Notes: a model not told the origin generated them from the sequence alone. Numbered from the stretch's first letter, positions 1 through 11,195 are shown. The stretch is 33,449 nt of DNA from Sanchytrium tribonematis (GCA_018985235.1 JADGIG010000043.1:1-33449); one strand, 5' to 3'. Program-made: numbers and translations.

Positions 1-465
1 AGTTATAACTAAGTGTAATACCATTCCAGGGACATACCAGTAGCTATCTGTCCAATAGGATTCATTGCATTCGGTCAAAACGGATTTTGACGTTTTTAAT
101 ACTAAAAACACATCTATGCAGAACACTGATAAAAGAATCATATGAGCACCATTGCTGAGTAGTTTTAAAATTTTAAGGACTGGGTAAAAGGTTAGTAGCA
201 AACTCTGTGCAATTTGAATTTGCAACGAATAAGTTTGATACTTGACACACTCATCATCCTCAACAAATCTAGCAACAACTCCATACAGTAAGCTCCATAG
301 ACCCAACATCATCATAATAACCAACAGCAATTCCCCTACGATCATTTTTCTGGTGACATAAAATTTTATCAAAAAACCCAGAACTGACATAAGCCAAAAT
401 GACCAACTAATGCCCGTAAGCCACCCGATTAGAAATTGCCTGTAATGATACCAATTTTCATTCAT
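1..465 (-). CDS. Multi-pass membrane protein, runs off the window start (not in ORF track)
   Basis: Hand translation from ATG at 465 is open to base 1: MNENWYHYRQFLIGWLTGISWSFWLMSVLGFLIKFY...; several hydrophobic stretches. Family not recognised. Confidence 0.7.
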   Translation of the reverse strand, partial: MNENWYHYRQFLIGWLTGISWSFWLMSVLGFLIKFYVTRKMIVGELLLVIMMMLGLWSLLYGVVARFVEDDECVKYQTYSLQIQIAQSLLLTFYPVLKILKLLSNGAHMILLSVFCIDVFLVLKTSKSVLTECNESYWTDSYWYVPGMVLHLVIT

Positions 466-514
466 CAAAAATTGGGAGCTCCTTTGTGTGCAAAATCTCC
501 TTTAAATCCAACAA

Positions 515-2612
515 ATGACCTTGAACTCTGTTAATGATGTCCTTAGAGGCAAAATGGACGAAGAAGTTATAATATATATTAAAGAAATGATCAATCTTGG
601 AGATGCCACAGATTTAGAATCGTTTTTGGGAGAATACGATTGTCTTGATTTGAAAGATTCTTTAATTAATTTAATTCCAAAGCAAATTTCTGTGGCACAG
701 GTGCAAAAACTAGACAAGGCAGTCGAGTTGCATTCTTTTAAAGGAAATACACTCAAGGATAAGCGCAAGGATATTAGCAGTCTTCGAGATAATGTTACCA
801 TTGTTGATCAAGAGGAACTGGTAAAAGCAGAAAAAAAACTCTTGGAGAAGCGGGAGCGTAAGAAAGACAGATTGAGAGTCAAAGAAATTCATCTAAGTAG
901 CTTGGATAAAAGGGTCACTCTCACAGACGAAGAGGTTTTCAAACAGTATGTGGCACAAAAGCAGGCTAAAAACATGGACATTGACTTGGAACATTTAACC
1001 TTGAATCTTTACGGTCTTACTGTATTGAAAGACGCTGACTTGAAACTTTCTTATAGAAGAAGATACGGTTTAATTGGTATGAACGGTATAGGAAAGGTAA
1101 TTATGATTTATTTAGTCTACTCTTCTACACGCTATCACGATTCACGAAGTACCTGTCCCATTTCATCTAAAGATTATATATGTCGAACAGGAATTGCATG
1201 ATAGCGATAGGTCAATCTTGGAAATAGTTTTGCAAGCAGATCAGGTTCGAGAATACTTGATATCGAAAGAGAAAGAATTGAACGAACTTATAAAAGCACA
1301 ATCTACCCCTGAACTTGAAAATGAACTTAAAAATATATACTCTGAGATGGACACCGCAGATATTCACACTGCAGAAAGCCGTGCAGCTTCTTTACTAGTT
1401 GGTCTAGGTTTTACACATGAGCAAATGAAATGGCCACAAACTAAATTTAGCGGAGGGTGGAAAATGAGAGTTGCGTTGGCCAAAGCGCTATTTTGCAATC
1501 CAGATGTCTTGCTGCTGGACGAGCCTACAAATCATTTGGATATTCCGGCAGTTGCTTGGTTGAGTAACTATTTAATGAATGATTTTCAAGGCACTTGTCT
1601 TGTGGTTTCGCACGACAGGGCTTTTTTAGATTTAGTAGCAACCGATATCCTTCACATGTACAATCAAAAAATTAAGTCATTTAAAGGCAACTTTACTCAA
1701 TTCGAAAAAACTAGGCAAGAAATGACAAAACAACAAATTAGAGACTACGAAAACCAAGCTAGAGAAAAGGCTCATTTACAAGCCTTTGTGGATCGGTTCA
1801 GAGCGTCTGCAGCTCGTGCTAGTCAAGCCCAATCCAAACTTAAAATTATCGAGAAAATGGAAGATTTGGAGATGCCAGAAATGACCGAGCTTGATGTTGA
1901 AGTTGATCCATATAAATTTGAGCAGCCTGAGAAATCAAATATGACATTGATTGAAATGAAGACAGTCTCCTTTAAATATGATAATGTGGATAGGGAAATT
2001 GTGAAAGCAATGACTCTTGCCATTCGAATGAATTCTAAAACAATACTTGTTGGGGCCAACGGAGCAGGTAAATCTACAATACTAAAATTGCTGATGGGAA
2101 CTTTGAAGCCGGATAGCGGAGACGTGATAACTAATGGTAAGACAAAAATCGGCTACTTTAGTCAGCATCACATGGACACTTTCAAAGATATGGACAGAAA
2201 TGCAGTAGAATATTTACAAACAGTCAAACCAGGACAAACTATTCAAGAATATAGAAGTCATCTGGCTTCTTTCGGCTTGTCGGGAAGTGTTAGTTTACAA
2301 CCTTTGAATACATTGTCTGGTGGTCAAAAATCTAGAGTATCATTTGCAAGTTTGTCACTCCAACTCCCAAATGTCCTCGTTCTGGACGAAGTCAGCAATC
2401 ATTTGGATATAATTTCGCTTAAAGCGATGGCATTCGCATTGAGAGATTTCAAAGGTGCATTGGTTTTAGTATCTCACGACGTTAAATTTATTGAGACAGT
2501 ATTTAGTGACGAGAAGGCCTTTAAACAAATGATCAATGTTCAATATGGAAAAGACACACTTTGGCCAAATTGCGATATTTATGACTACCAACGTTATTGT
2601 TTAAAAAAATAA
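515..2612 (+). CDS. GCN20: ABC-F family ATPase (Gcn20/ABCF3-like); join(515..1096,1116..2612), ~692 aa
   Basis: Two ABC domains and no TM segments: GMNGIGK|STLL (restored by splicing), FSGGWKMRVALAKALF, LLLDEPTNHLD, VVSHDR, GANGAGKST, LSGGQKSRV. Confidence 0.85.
1097..1115 (+). other. 19-nt spliceosomal intron (gtaattatgatttatttag)
   Basis: GT-AG; removal joins ORFs 515 and 1194 in frame and rebuilds Walker A GxxGxGKST. Confidence 0.93.
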
Positions 2613-3517
2613 ACCCATTTCAAATACAACACGCATGTGTATACAAGACCAAAATAATTCAGTAAAATGTTTGGAATCGCCACAACAAAAAATATAACAT
2701 TTGTCTGAATAATTGAAACACAAATAGCACTGGCACTGACAAGAGACATCAATCCACAACTCAAGTAGCGCCCAGACCTTAAGATACATAATAATGAGGC
2801 ACGTCGAACATCGAAATGTGATTCAGCAATCTCATCATTATCTTTCATTTCTTGATACTGGGCCTTTTTAAAAAGAAATCCCAAGTATGGATTGTAAGCA
2901 CAATTCAAAGTTGGTCCTATACACCAAAAACCCACAAACAAATAATTGAGTGGACAAACTGTTTTGAATAAAATAATATTAACAACAATGTCAATAAAAT
3001 AAATAGTATATTTTGAATTTAATAGATGAGTATATTTTCTACAATCTAACATTCCATTTAATAGTCTGAACCTATAAACTAGAATTCCTATTGGTATATG
3101 GCTGAATTGCACAACAAGGAAGACTATTCGGACTATAAGCATCACGTTTGTATTTGTATTTGAGAAAAGTTGAGGAATATTAAGCAAATGAAATTGCCAC
3201 ATAAGAGCCAGAAATGGTGAAAGTTGATCTAGTAAAAATTCCCAATCACAAGCTATAAATCGAAAAGTAAAAACCTTTTTATATTTGTTGGTATGAACGT
3301 ATATCATAAACAAAAATGAAAGAAGCGCATCTAAAAAGCTAAAAAAAGCCAACATTAGGTAAGAGTAATATTCTTGGAGTTTAAAGCTTTCTGTGGGACC
3401 CCGAAGTTGAAATTGTATAACAACTAGAAAACATGCAACCGCTGCCTTAAATAATTTAAACCAAGAAAACTTTTTGAGAGCAGATACACCTTGATTTGTA
3501 ATTCGAAATTCATTCAT
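2594..3517 (-). CDS. Multi-pass membrane protein of unknown function
   Basis: ~300-aa ORF with many hydrophobic segments; first ATG at 3517; 3' end overlaps the ABCF gene by 19 nt. Confidence 0.65.
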   Translation of the reverse strand: MNEFRITNQGVSALKKFSWFKLFKAAVACFLVVIQFQLRGPTESFKLQEYYSYLMLAFFSFLDALLSFLFMIYVHTNKYKKVFTFRFIACDWEFLLDQLSPFLALMWQFHLLNIPQLFSNTNTNVMLIVRIVFLVVQFSHIPIGILVYRFRLLNGMLDCRKYTHLLNSKYTIYFIDIVVNIILFKTVCPLNYLFVGFWCIGPTLNCAYNPYLGFLFKKAQYQEMKDNDEIAESHFDVRRASLLCILRSGRYLSCGLMSLVSASAICVSIIQTNVIFFVVAIPNILLNYFGLVYTCVLYLKWVYFFKQ

Positions 3518-3565
3518 TTGATCTTTTTGACCTATCCATAGAGCGTCAAAAGACTTCAAAAATAT

Positions 3566-4153
3566 TTATTCTGCACCAACATATATCCCTTCTGATGCTC
3601 TCCATTTAGAATCCTTTGATCTTGATGCTGCGAAAATTTCAAGTTGTTCTTGTATAGGATTGCCGAATTCATGACTTTCTGAAGAACTGAGATATTCTTC
3701 AGTACCGATATGGAATAATTCGACAGGTTCATCTCTTTGCCAATATTCAGTATCGCAGATTAGTTTCCAATTGTCATCAGCATTTTCTTCTCCAAATCCA
3801 CTAACTTCCTGCTGCTTTGATATTGGACTTTTTTGATAATGGGAATGGAGATGCTTTTGAGTATTTACATGCTGAAATCTAAGAACCTCATTGCATTTTA
3901 TCAATTGACCTAATTCCACATTAGGTTCTCCATATCCGGATCTCACAAGCCAGTAGGAGTTGGAGTCTTTGGCAGTTGGGACGGCTGATATAACTTGTTG
4001 GCCTGATCCTGATGCATAATTAACGGCAATACTATTTAACCTGTGGTCAGTTTCTTCATGAACCAGCTTTACAATAGATCCATATGTGACTCTTTCAAAA
4101 TCTTCAGGTAGATTTTCAGACGCAAAAGTCGATAAGATATAAAAGATGAACAT
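3566..4153 (-). CDS. SDF2: SDF2/SDF2L1-like MIR-domain ER protein
   Basis: VTYGSIVKL, VNYASGSGQQVISAV, DSNSYW, HLHSH, SPISKQQEVSGFG, W-R-A-S-EGIY: typical SDF2 beta-trefoil motifs; short hydrophobic N-terminus. Confidence 0.85.
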   Translation of the reverse strand: MFIFYILSTFASENLPEDFERVTYGSIVKLVHEETDHRLNSIAVNYASGSGQQVISAVPTAKDSNSYWLVRSGYGEPNVELGQLIKCNEVLRFQHVNTQKHLHSHYQKSPISKQQEVSGFGEENADDNWKLICDTEYWQRDEPVELFHIGTEEYLSSSESHEFGNPIQEQLEIFAASRSKDSKWRASEGIYVGAE

Positions 4154-4345
4154 GTTTCAGAATAATCTGGCTCAACGTTGGATATACAAAGTGTAGTAGA
4201 AGCTGTAACAATATGGCCATTTATCTGAAAAATTAATCAATATTTTCGACGGTTATAATTTTGCAAGCTCTACTAAGTTCTTTAATTGGTCAAAAAATAT
4301 AAGAAATCTTGTATTTTATTAAAAGGAGTCAATCCTTTTCAAGAC

Positions 4346-4819
4346 ATGATTGTCCATAGTCTTATCATGGATGCTACATTGTGGAGCGATTACAGCTCTC
4401 GCCATCCTGATTTGCAGCGAAATATGTATAAGTGGTCCCTTAAATTTGTATTAATTTATATGACTATGCTACTAACTGAAGTTATTTTGATGACATTTTT
4501 ATTCGTATCAGATTTGGCTTGTCCAGATGTTCTACTTTATATAATATTTTCCTACATTTCCGTGATTATGGCACTTTGTTTTTCAATATTTACGATAAAG
4601 TGGAAACAGAGTACTCTGTATTATGCAAATTCAAAATGTAAGCTAAGATCTAATATTGCGGCCACAGTTCTTCTAATTGGGGTACTAGTTCCACTAGCAG
4701 GCAGTTATTTTGTGGTTTTTGAAAACTCTTGTCAATCAAACAAATTGATTGCAAATATTGTTATATCAGTTTTTGTTGTGCAAATGATCAGATCACCTAT
4801 GGTTTTAGCGATTCTGTGA
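4346..4819 (+). CDS. Small hypothetical membrane protein (~4 TM)
   Basis: ORF with about four hydrophobic helices; first ATG at 4346; start uncertain. Confidence 0.55.
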   Translation: MIVHSLIMDATLWSDYSSRHPDLQRNMYKWSLKFVLIYMTMLLTEVILMTFLFVSDLACPDVLLYIIFSYISVIMALCFSIFTIKWKQSTLYYANSKCKLRSNIAATVLLIGVLVPLAGSYFVVFENSCQSNKLIANIVISVFVVQMIRSPMVLAIL

Positions 4820-4894
4820 GTAGTTTCTGTTTTTGATCAATATTAATAAATTTTGAAAATCAATTTCGCTTTATTTTTTTGAAACAAGAAATAT

Positions 4895-6098
4895 ATGAGC
4901 GCTGCCGAAAACGAAAATCAAGAGGTATTGGACGACCAGCCTCGCTCCATATTGCTAGGAATAATATCACAATTAAGAAAAGGTGCAGATCTTCACAGAG
5001 TGACTTTACCAACATTTGTTTTGGAACCTAGATCATATTTGGAAAGAATTACTGATTTTATGTCACACCCGGATATCATGCTAGAAGCATTAAAAACTAA
5101 AGACGCAGAAAAACGTTTTCTATTAGTTTTAAAATATTTTTTAAGCGGTTGGCACATCCAGCCTAAGGGAGTCAAGAAACCTTACAATCCAGTGCTTGGA
5201 GAATGTTTTAGATCCAAATTCGATATAAAAGGAGAGGCTACTGGATATTTTGTTGCAGAGCAAACTTCACACCATCCCCCAATTTCCTCTTTTGTTTATT
5301 TTAACCCAAAGGGAGTCTTAATACGAGGTGAATCGAAGCCAAAATCTAGATTTCTCGGAAATTCCGCCTGCACACTTATGGAAGGTGACACCATTATCAA
5401 ACTATTTAATGCGGAACTAAATATTGATGACACCTATAGAGTTTCTTTGCCGAATGTATACGCCCGTGGATTGCTTTTTGGAACTATGCTTTTGGAATTA
5501 GGAGATTTTGCCAAAATGTACTCTTCTACTGGTTTGAAAGCAGAAATAGAATTTAAAACTAAAGGATTTTTCAGTGGTTCTTACAATGCAATTGGTGGAA
5601 AAGTGGTAGATGAAAACGATAAGCAGCTTTATGAAATATCTGGTAATTGGAAAGAAACTATGTATTACAAGAAGAAAACAGAGGAAGTACTATTTGACTC
5701 GGCTACCTCTGTTGCAATAAAGCCTCTCGTTGCTCCAGAAGAGACCCAGGAACCTTATGAAAGTAGAAGGCTATGGGCAGAGACCACAAAAGCCATGAAA
5801 AAAGGTGATTTAGATACCGCAACTGCAGAAAAGACGAAGGTTGAGGATAAACAAAGAGAATATGCTAAAAAAAGAGGCGATGAAGAGTGGAAGCCTCGGT
5901 TTTTTGAGCCAATCCATGAGGACGACAAAGACGTTGTACCCGAGGGCTTTTTTCCCGAGGATTTTAAGCTGAAAATTCTAGACAAGTATTTTTATTTAAC
6001 ACAGGATCGATCTTGGTAAGCCAGCTGAAAGTGAGAAACTATTTGCGGATTTTCTTTTTAATAATCCTCCAGAGCATCCATACAAAAACGACTGGTAA
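4895..6098 (+). CDS. Oxysterol-binding protein-related lipid transfer protein (Osh6/7, ORP5/8-like); join(4895..5985,6005..6098)
   Basis: DLHRVTLPTFVLEPRS, KKPYNPVLGE, EQTSHHPPIS signature, YESRRLW. The 3' exon is inferred from a 19-nt intron and ends in TAAATAAA. Confidence 0.9.
5986..6004 (+). other. 19-nt intron (gtatttttatttaacacag), predicted
   Basis: Matches the intron consensus. Splicing extends the ORF by 30 codons into otherwise empty sequence and ends it at a TAA followed by an AATAAA. Confidence 0.7.
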
Positions 6099-6139
6099 AT
6101 AAATTATGATGGATTTATTTGTAATCAAGGATAATCAAT

Positions 6140-6466
6140 ATGCTACCAAGGAGAATTCTCAAGAGTGCACAAAATGTTCTACAATTTGTAAGAATGAATG
6201 CTGAAAATACACACAGGATAGAAGGAATGGCATATCCTGCTAAAATTTTAAAGCAAATGCCGTTCGGCCAATTACACGAGTTATATTATGCCCTTTTAAA
6301 GGAGCGGAATGCGTTGGAGACTATGAAATTAAATTGCAAATTGAAAAAGGTTATTTTCTTGGAGAAAGAAAATCTTGAAAAAGTGAAGCTCAGCATGAGG
6401 CGCGTTCTTCATACTGTAAGTGAAAGGCAAAAACTTCCTAAAGAAACGAAATCTGAGAATCAATAA
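6140..6466 (+). CDS. MRPL47: Mitochondrial ribosomal protein uL29m (MRPL47-like)
   Basis: LHELYYALLKERNALET and KVKLSMRRVLHTVSER resemble the MRP-L47 family; Arg-rich, presequence-like N-terminus. Confidence 0.75.
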   Translation: MLPRRILKSAQNVLQFVRMNAENTHRIEGMAYPAKILKQMPFGQLHELYYALLKERNALETMKLNCKLKKVIFLEKENLEKVKLSMRRVLHTVSERQKLPKETKSENQ

Positions 6467-6468
6467 AA

Positions 6469-7680
6469 TTAGGTAGATTTATTCAGCTTTATGCACATTT
6501 TCTCGCAGCAAATAAGTAAATCTCTCGACCGCGGTATCACATCAATGATACTTTCTTTGCAACCCCACTTCCGAACCTTATCATGGGTATAACAGAATAA
6601 CATATTTTCAGAGGCCACATATAGTCTAGGAAGATCTAAGTCCCAAATAATTGTTGATATGTGAGAGTGTTTATAAGTAAACAAGCACGATCCTGTATAA
6701 TCGTATATTTTAACATTTTTACCATCGTACAAAGCAATTTGAGAAGATAAGTCGCCCAGCACTACAGCTTCTTCCAAATTGATATTATTGAGCATTTGAA
6801 TGGTATAATCTTCATTTATATGAAATAACTTGACGGATTTGTCATTCCCAAAAGTTATAAATTTGTCCTTATGAACTTTTATGCCTAATATACAATCATC
6901 GTGAATTTTTTCCAATTGCTTTTGGTAATCGGGCATGCCGTCTATCTCCATTGCATTTTCTCGTTTTTGCTTTATCAATTTTAACAAATAGCCATCCTCT
7001 GAAACAGCCAATACACAACTTTTGAACCATTTCACATCTATTATTGCAAAATTGTGTTTCTCCCTAGCCAGGACTTGTCCAAATGAAGTGCTTTCGTCTA
7101 TGACTAGAAGATCTCCTTCTGCACTTATTACAGCCATTTCTTTCCCGTTACCACAAAACGAGAAAATCGGCGATTTAAGGTCTAAAATCAGCTCGACGTC
7201 TTTTTTCTCAAAGTCTATTTCCATTATTTTACCATCTAAAAGTCCTACAAATTTGCTTTCAATTGCGGTGACTGGAGAAGGAATTGGCAATCTTATCAAT
7301 TCTTTGTCATACTGGTAGCAGTACTGCTTAGTACCAAATACCACACCATTAATACTTTTTCCAACGACCTGAATCTCCTGGTCAACATGAACTCGATCTA
7401 TAAGTGAATCTTGCAAATGCATTGCATCCGTACCAACTTGATCACTTATTTCTACTATATCTTCATCTGTGCCGCACCAAAGTTGCAATGTTTTTGTGTG
7501 TGCATATTCTAATTTTGTGTAATGCATTCCTTTTTCAATAATTTCCATTAACATGCCTTTGGGTATTTCTAATTCATTCTTGTATTGACATTCTTGTTCA
7601 AAGACAAAGCTAGAGTGAGAGTATCCCTGCTCCTGCATGTATCGTAGGATGAGCGTATTTACATCATCGGATGAAATCAT
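6469..7680 (-). CDS. LisH + WD40 protein (TBL1/Sif2-like), divergent
   Basis: ISSDDVNTLILRYMQEQGYSHSSFVF and IIEKGMHY match the TBL1 N-terminal LisH region; degenerate WD-like repeats follow. ATG at 7680. Confidence 0.7.
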   Translation of the reverse strand: MISSDDVNTLILRYMQEQGYSHSSFVFEQECQYKNELEIPKGMLMEIIEKGMHYTKLEYAHTKTLQLWCGTDEDIVEISDQVGTDAMHLQDSLIDRVHVDQEIQVVGKSINGVVFGTKQYCYQYDKELIRLPIPSPVTAIESKFVGLLDGKIMEIDFEKKDVELILDLKSPIFSFCGNGKEMAVISAEGDLLVIDESTSFGQVLAREKHNFAIIDVKWFKSCVLAVSEDGYLLKLIKQKRENAMEIDGMPDYQKQLEKIHDDCILGIKVHKDKFITFGNDKSVKLFHINEDYTIQMLNNINLEEAVVLGDLSSQIALYDGKNVKIYDYTGSCLFTYKHSHISTIIWDLDLPRLYVASENMLFCYTHDKVRKWGCKESIIDVIPRSRDLLICCEKMCIKLNKST

Positions 7681-7875
7681 TGCAGCAGTCTCCCTTGTTT
7701 TAGTAGCGAAAAAAGGAAATCTATAAATCACAAATTTAAAGAATGATCAGCATAATTACAATTCCACAGTTGTCGAGTTTTCTAAACTTCATTCAAGAAG
7801 GGCTTTTGCTTTATCGAGACATTCTTTTCAAAAGAGTACCATCTCAATATAAAATCTCCAGAGTTTCACACCATA

Positions 7876-9120
7876 ATGACATCTGAGATCATCGACATCA
7901 AACCGTTTTGTGAATTTCGGTTTCAAGCTGAGGATGTTACTTTAACTATTCTTGAGGGAATAGCAGAGTTTTTTGGAACTGAGCTGGCTAACAATATTCC
8001 TTATCAACTAATTCATAAAAATGGGGCAATATCCACTTTCCATGGTTGCCAAATAAAGTTCGAGGGCAAATGCACTGAAAGATATATGGGGAGCGAGTCT
8101 CAAATTAATTTGTCTTACCTAAATTTGGCTTTTGCGCTACACGGTCAAGGTAAAGGAAATGTTATGGTATTAGGTTCGCGTCATTCTGGAAAAACAAGCT
8201 TGGTAAAGCGCCTAGCCAATTATACCACAAAAAGAGGTATCAAGCCATTTATCGTTGACTTGGATATCACGCACGGATTGATATCTTTACCCGGCACTGT
8301 TAGTGCGATGCCTCTGGACCTTCAGATAGATCCCACGGCTGGAAGCTGCCTTAGCTTTAATACCACAAGTCTAACGGCAGATTCTATCCCTCTTGTTTAC
8401 TATTTCGGATACACAACTTTGAACGAGCATCAAGATCTATACATTCAGTTGTTGACAAATCTTAAAGCCAATATGAAAAAGTATTCAGATAAACACGGTA
8501 CGCCCTTTTCTTTTATTGATATGATTCCTGATCCGCCGCTCGAACTAATTCAAAAAGTCATTGAAACCTTTGAAGTAGATCACATCGTCATAATATCAGA
8601 CGAACTCTTATACTCTCGCATAAAAGATCATGTTTCTTGTCAAATTTCCCTAGTAAAAAAGAGTGAAGGAGTCTTTATCCCCAAATCGCAAGATATCGTG
8701 GAGAAGCTTTCCCGACAAAAGATCCGCGAATATTTTTATGGCAAAGATAAAGCACTTTCACCATTTCCTGCTAATTGTAAGACTGATGATATAGTCGTTA
8801 TAAAAAGGGGACAATTGTTTTCTGGTGCTGCTCATACTATGCCTTTACAAAGCAAATCAGAACAAAGTCTTACGTTCATTAAATCTATGGAGGCAGCATA
8901 TTTGGATAGAGCATTGGTTGCGTTGAGTGCTTCTGAGGAACCTGAAAAAGCTATTTACGATCAGATTTTGGGCTTTGGGTGGGTAAGTCAAGTAGACGAA
9001 TCGAAAGTAGATGAGGCTGCCCAGGCTGCAAGACTCCAAATATTATTGCCCGAGCCAATGAAGCTTAAAGAATCTCAAAAAGTCTTTATAACAGGCGATA
9101 TGAAATGGATCGAAAAATAA
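7876..9120 (+). CDS. CLP1: Clp1, mRNA cleavage/polyadenylation factor of the polynucleotide-kinase family
   Basis: GIAEFFGTEL, TFHGC, P-loop GSRHSGKTS, DLD, PGTVSA, PLVYYFG, IREYFYG, LSPF. Confidence 0.88.
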   Translation: MTSEIIDIKPFCEFRFQAEDVTLTILEGIAEFFGTELANNIPYQLIHKNGAISTFHGCQIKFEGKCTERYMGSESQINLSYLNLAFALHGQGKGNVMVLGSRHSGKTSLVKRLANYTTKRGIKPFIVDLDITHGLISLPGTVSAMPLDLQIDPTAGSCLSFNTTSLTADSIPLVYYFGYTTLNEHQDLYIQLLTNLKANMKKYSDKHGTPFSFIDMIPDPPLELIQKVIETFEVDHIVIISDELLYSRIKDHVSCQISLVKKSEGVFIPKSQDIVEKLSRQKIREYFYGKDKALSPFPANCKTDDIVVIKRGQLFSGAAHTMPLQSKSEQSLTFIKSMEAAYLDRALVALSASEEPEKAIYDQILGFGWVSQVDESKVDEAAQAARLQILLPEPMKLKESQKVFITGDMKWIEK

Positions 9121-9159
9121 ATTTTGTATTGTCAAGGCAATGTCTGAAATCACACAATT

Positions 9160-9690
9160 ATGGCCCAATCAAGTGAGGCTGACCTTGAGTTTCTTTTGGT
9201 GACCAATTTGATAACCACTATTGGACTACACAGAATTTATCATTCCCCTCACCCGGTCAAGTCTCTTCACGAGATGATTTCGGAACCTGACTTAAGCAGG
9301 TATAGTACATTGCTCCCACCACTTAAAAGAAAAACGTGCGAATGGGATAATTGCCAAGAAAATTTTGACAACGATGCTGACGGTTTCAATCATTTTAAAA
9401 GGTCACACAATCCCAAAATTCAAGGACCTTGCCTCTGGAAAGATTGCAAATATGTCTCGAAAACAAATAATATGAGTAATCATATTCGAAAGCACTTCGA
9501 TATTGTCGAGGCACTGTGTGATGGCTGTTTGATCAAATTCAAATGGAAATCAGATTTAAACAAACATTGCAAAATTTATCATAAAAATGAGGGTATAAAA
9601 GTTCATTTGATCAAGATAAGGGGGAACTTTGTGTCGATTGCTTATCAAGAACCGAACACATTAAATTCAATTGCAATGCTTTTAAATTAG
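9160..9690 (+). CDS. C2H2 zinc-finger protein
   Basis: Three fingers: CEWDNC..H..H, CLWKDC..HIRKH, CDGC..FKWKSDLNKHCKIYH. Confidence 0.8.
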   Translation: MAQSSEADLEFLLVTNLITTIGLHRIYHSPHPVKSLHEMISEPDLSRYSTLLPPLKRKTCEWDNCQENFDNDADGFNHFKRSHNPKIQGPCLWKDCKYVSKTNNMSNHIRKHFDIVEALCDGCLIKFKWKSDLNKHCKIYHKNEGIKVHLIKIRGNFVSIAYQEPNTLNSIAMLLN

Positions 9691-9738
9691 CCAATTATAA
9701 ACCACAAAATTATAGACTAGATTTATAAAATAAATTTC

Positions 9739-10170
9739 ATGAATTACACATACAAATCCTTGGCAACTTGCGACGTCAACATGATAATGAACGTTTATTT
9801 GGATACTTTTAATAATGAAATTGACATTTTCAAAGAAGAAGATTTAATAGGACATTGTAAATTCAATAAAAACGAAGGGCAAATGGCGTTAAATTCAACT
9901 TTCTTTGATTTTGCAAACAATGCGAAAAACGTGACAACTTTCCGAGTTGGGACGAAAATCTCTGGAGTGATGAAAACAGTCGGCTCTACTAATTTACTCA
10001 AGGTTGGGCAAAGAAGCTATTTATTTTTGGGACCTTATATATTTAGCGGCAAAAAATGTATAGGATCAATTTTTAAATTTGAAAATCTTTTTTGTTTAAA
10101 GCTTGACTCAATAGTCTCAAAGGACTTCGCCCTTATTATAAACTCAATCTGCATAATGATTATGGAATAA
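9739..10170 (+). CDS. Hypothetical protein (143 aa)
   Basis: ATG-initiated ORF filling the gap between genes; its stop lies in GAATAAA like neighbouring genes. Confidence 0.55.
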   Translation: MNYTYKSLATCDVNMIMNVYLDTFNNEIDIFKEEDLIGHCKFNKNEGQMALNSTFFDFANNAKNVTTFRVGTKISGVMKTVGSTNLLKVGQRSYLFLGPYIFSGKKCIGSIFKFENLFCLKLDSIVSKDFALIINSICIMIME

Positions 10171-10181
10171 AGTAATGAAAT

Positions 10182-11195
10182 TTATTCTTCCTTTCTTGGA
10201 AGCTGAATCGTCACATCAGGATCATTTTCTTGATCTGGAATTTCAAAGGTGCTTTCGTGAACGCCCCTCCGAAGTCGTCTCTTTCGCAAGACACTTTCGG
10301 ATGAAGGAATGATAATATCGTTTGGAAGCGGTGATTGCTGACGAATCGGATTTGAGTCAGTTTCAACCCAGTCGCTATCTGCAACACACAATTTCCAAAT
10401 TGCAAGCAGAAAAAATAATTCCCACAACATGATGAAGGCAACACCAATTGTAGCACTTGTAAAAAACCAATGATACATAAAATACCGTACGCCATGAAAT
10501 TTGGCTTCCAAATGCAACTTAGAACCATATATATGAATGGGGCTATGTGATTTCAAATTCATCTCCATATATGCCACGTAAGAATCTTGGGGCTGTGTAA
10601 TCTTATCAGTTCCAATCTGATCCTTAGCTTGCAGGGGCTGTTCGTGGATCCAATCTGGTAATGGAGAGGATACCGATTGCATCAACGGAACTTTAATGAA
10701 TTGAGTGTCGAAATGAATAAATCCCAACAGAAGAGGTAACCAGAATATAAATTGATTCATCATTCTCAACATTAGAGGATAAAAAGTAACTGCACCAACT
10801 CTGCTATTTGCATATAAAATATCTTCTGCGGTAGATTTGATTACAGTCTGAACCATAAAATTACCAGCTTCCATGTTTTTCGAGGACTGAGGCATCTCAA
10901 TTTCTAAAGTCAAATCATAACTTTGACCATTAGGCAAGTTCAAAGGTAACATTGTATGTGCCTCTTTTGCGCTACTGAAGTCAAAGTAAACTGGAACGTG
11001 CTGTTGAATATTAGGAATATACCAATAATAAAATGAAAAGTACAATAACAGGGATGTCACTAGCACAACTGCGAATAAAACAGCACTAACGATAGTCTTG
11101 AGTACGACTTGATGTGTTTTGGGATTGCTAACGAACGAATTTAATTTTGTAAAAAATGGATTAAAAGCGTACAAAAACGGACGGAAAATACTCAT
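10182..11195 (-). CDS. Seipin (BSCL2/Fld1-like lipid-droplet biogenesis protein)
   Basis: TM, then FYYWYIP, PVYFDF, GQSYDLTLEIEMPQSSKNMEAGNFMV, AKFHGVRYFMYHW, second TM. Confidence 0.88.
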   Translation of the reverse strand: MSIFRPFLYAFNPFFTKLNSFVSNPKTHQVVLKTIVSAVLFAVVLVTSLLLYFSFYYWYIPNIQQHVPVYFDFSSAKEAHTMLPLNLPNGQSYDLTLEIEMPQSSKNMEAGNFMVQTVIKSTAEDILYANSRVGAVTFYPLMLRMMNQFIFWLPLLLGFIHFDTQFIKVPLMQSVSSPLPDWIHEQPLQAKDQIGTDKITQPQDSYVAYMEMNLKSHSPIHIYGSKLHLEAKFHGVRYFMYHWFFTSATIGVAFIMLWELFFLLAIWKLCVADSDWVETDSNPIRQQSPLPNDIIIPSSESVLRKRRLRRGVHESTFEIPDQENDPDVTIQLPRKEE

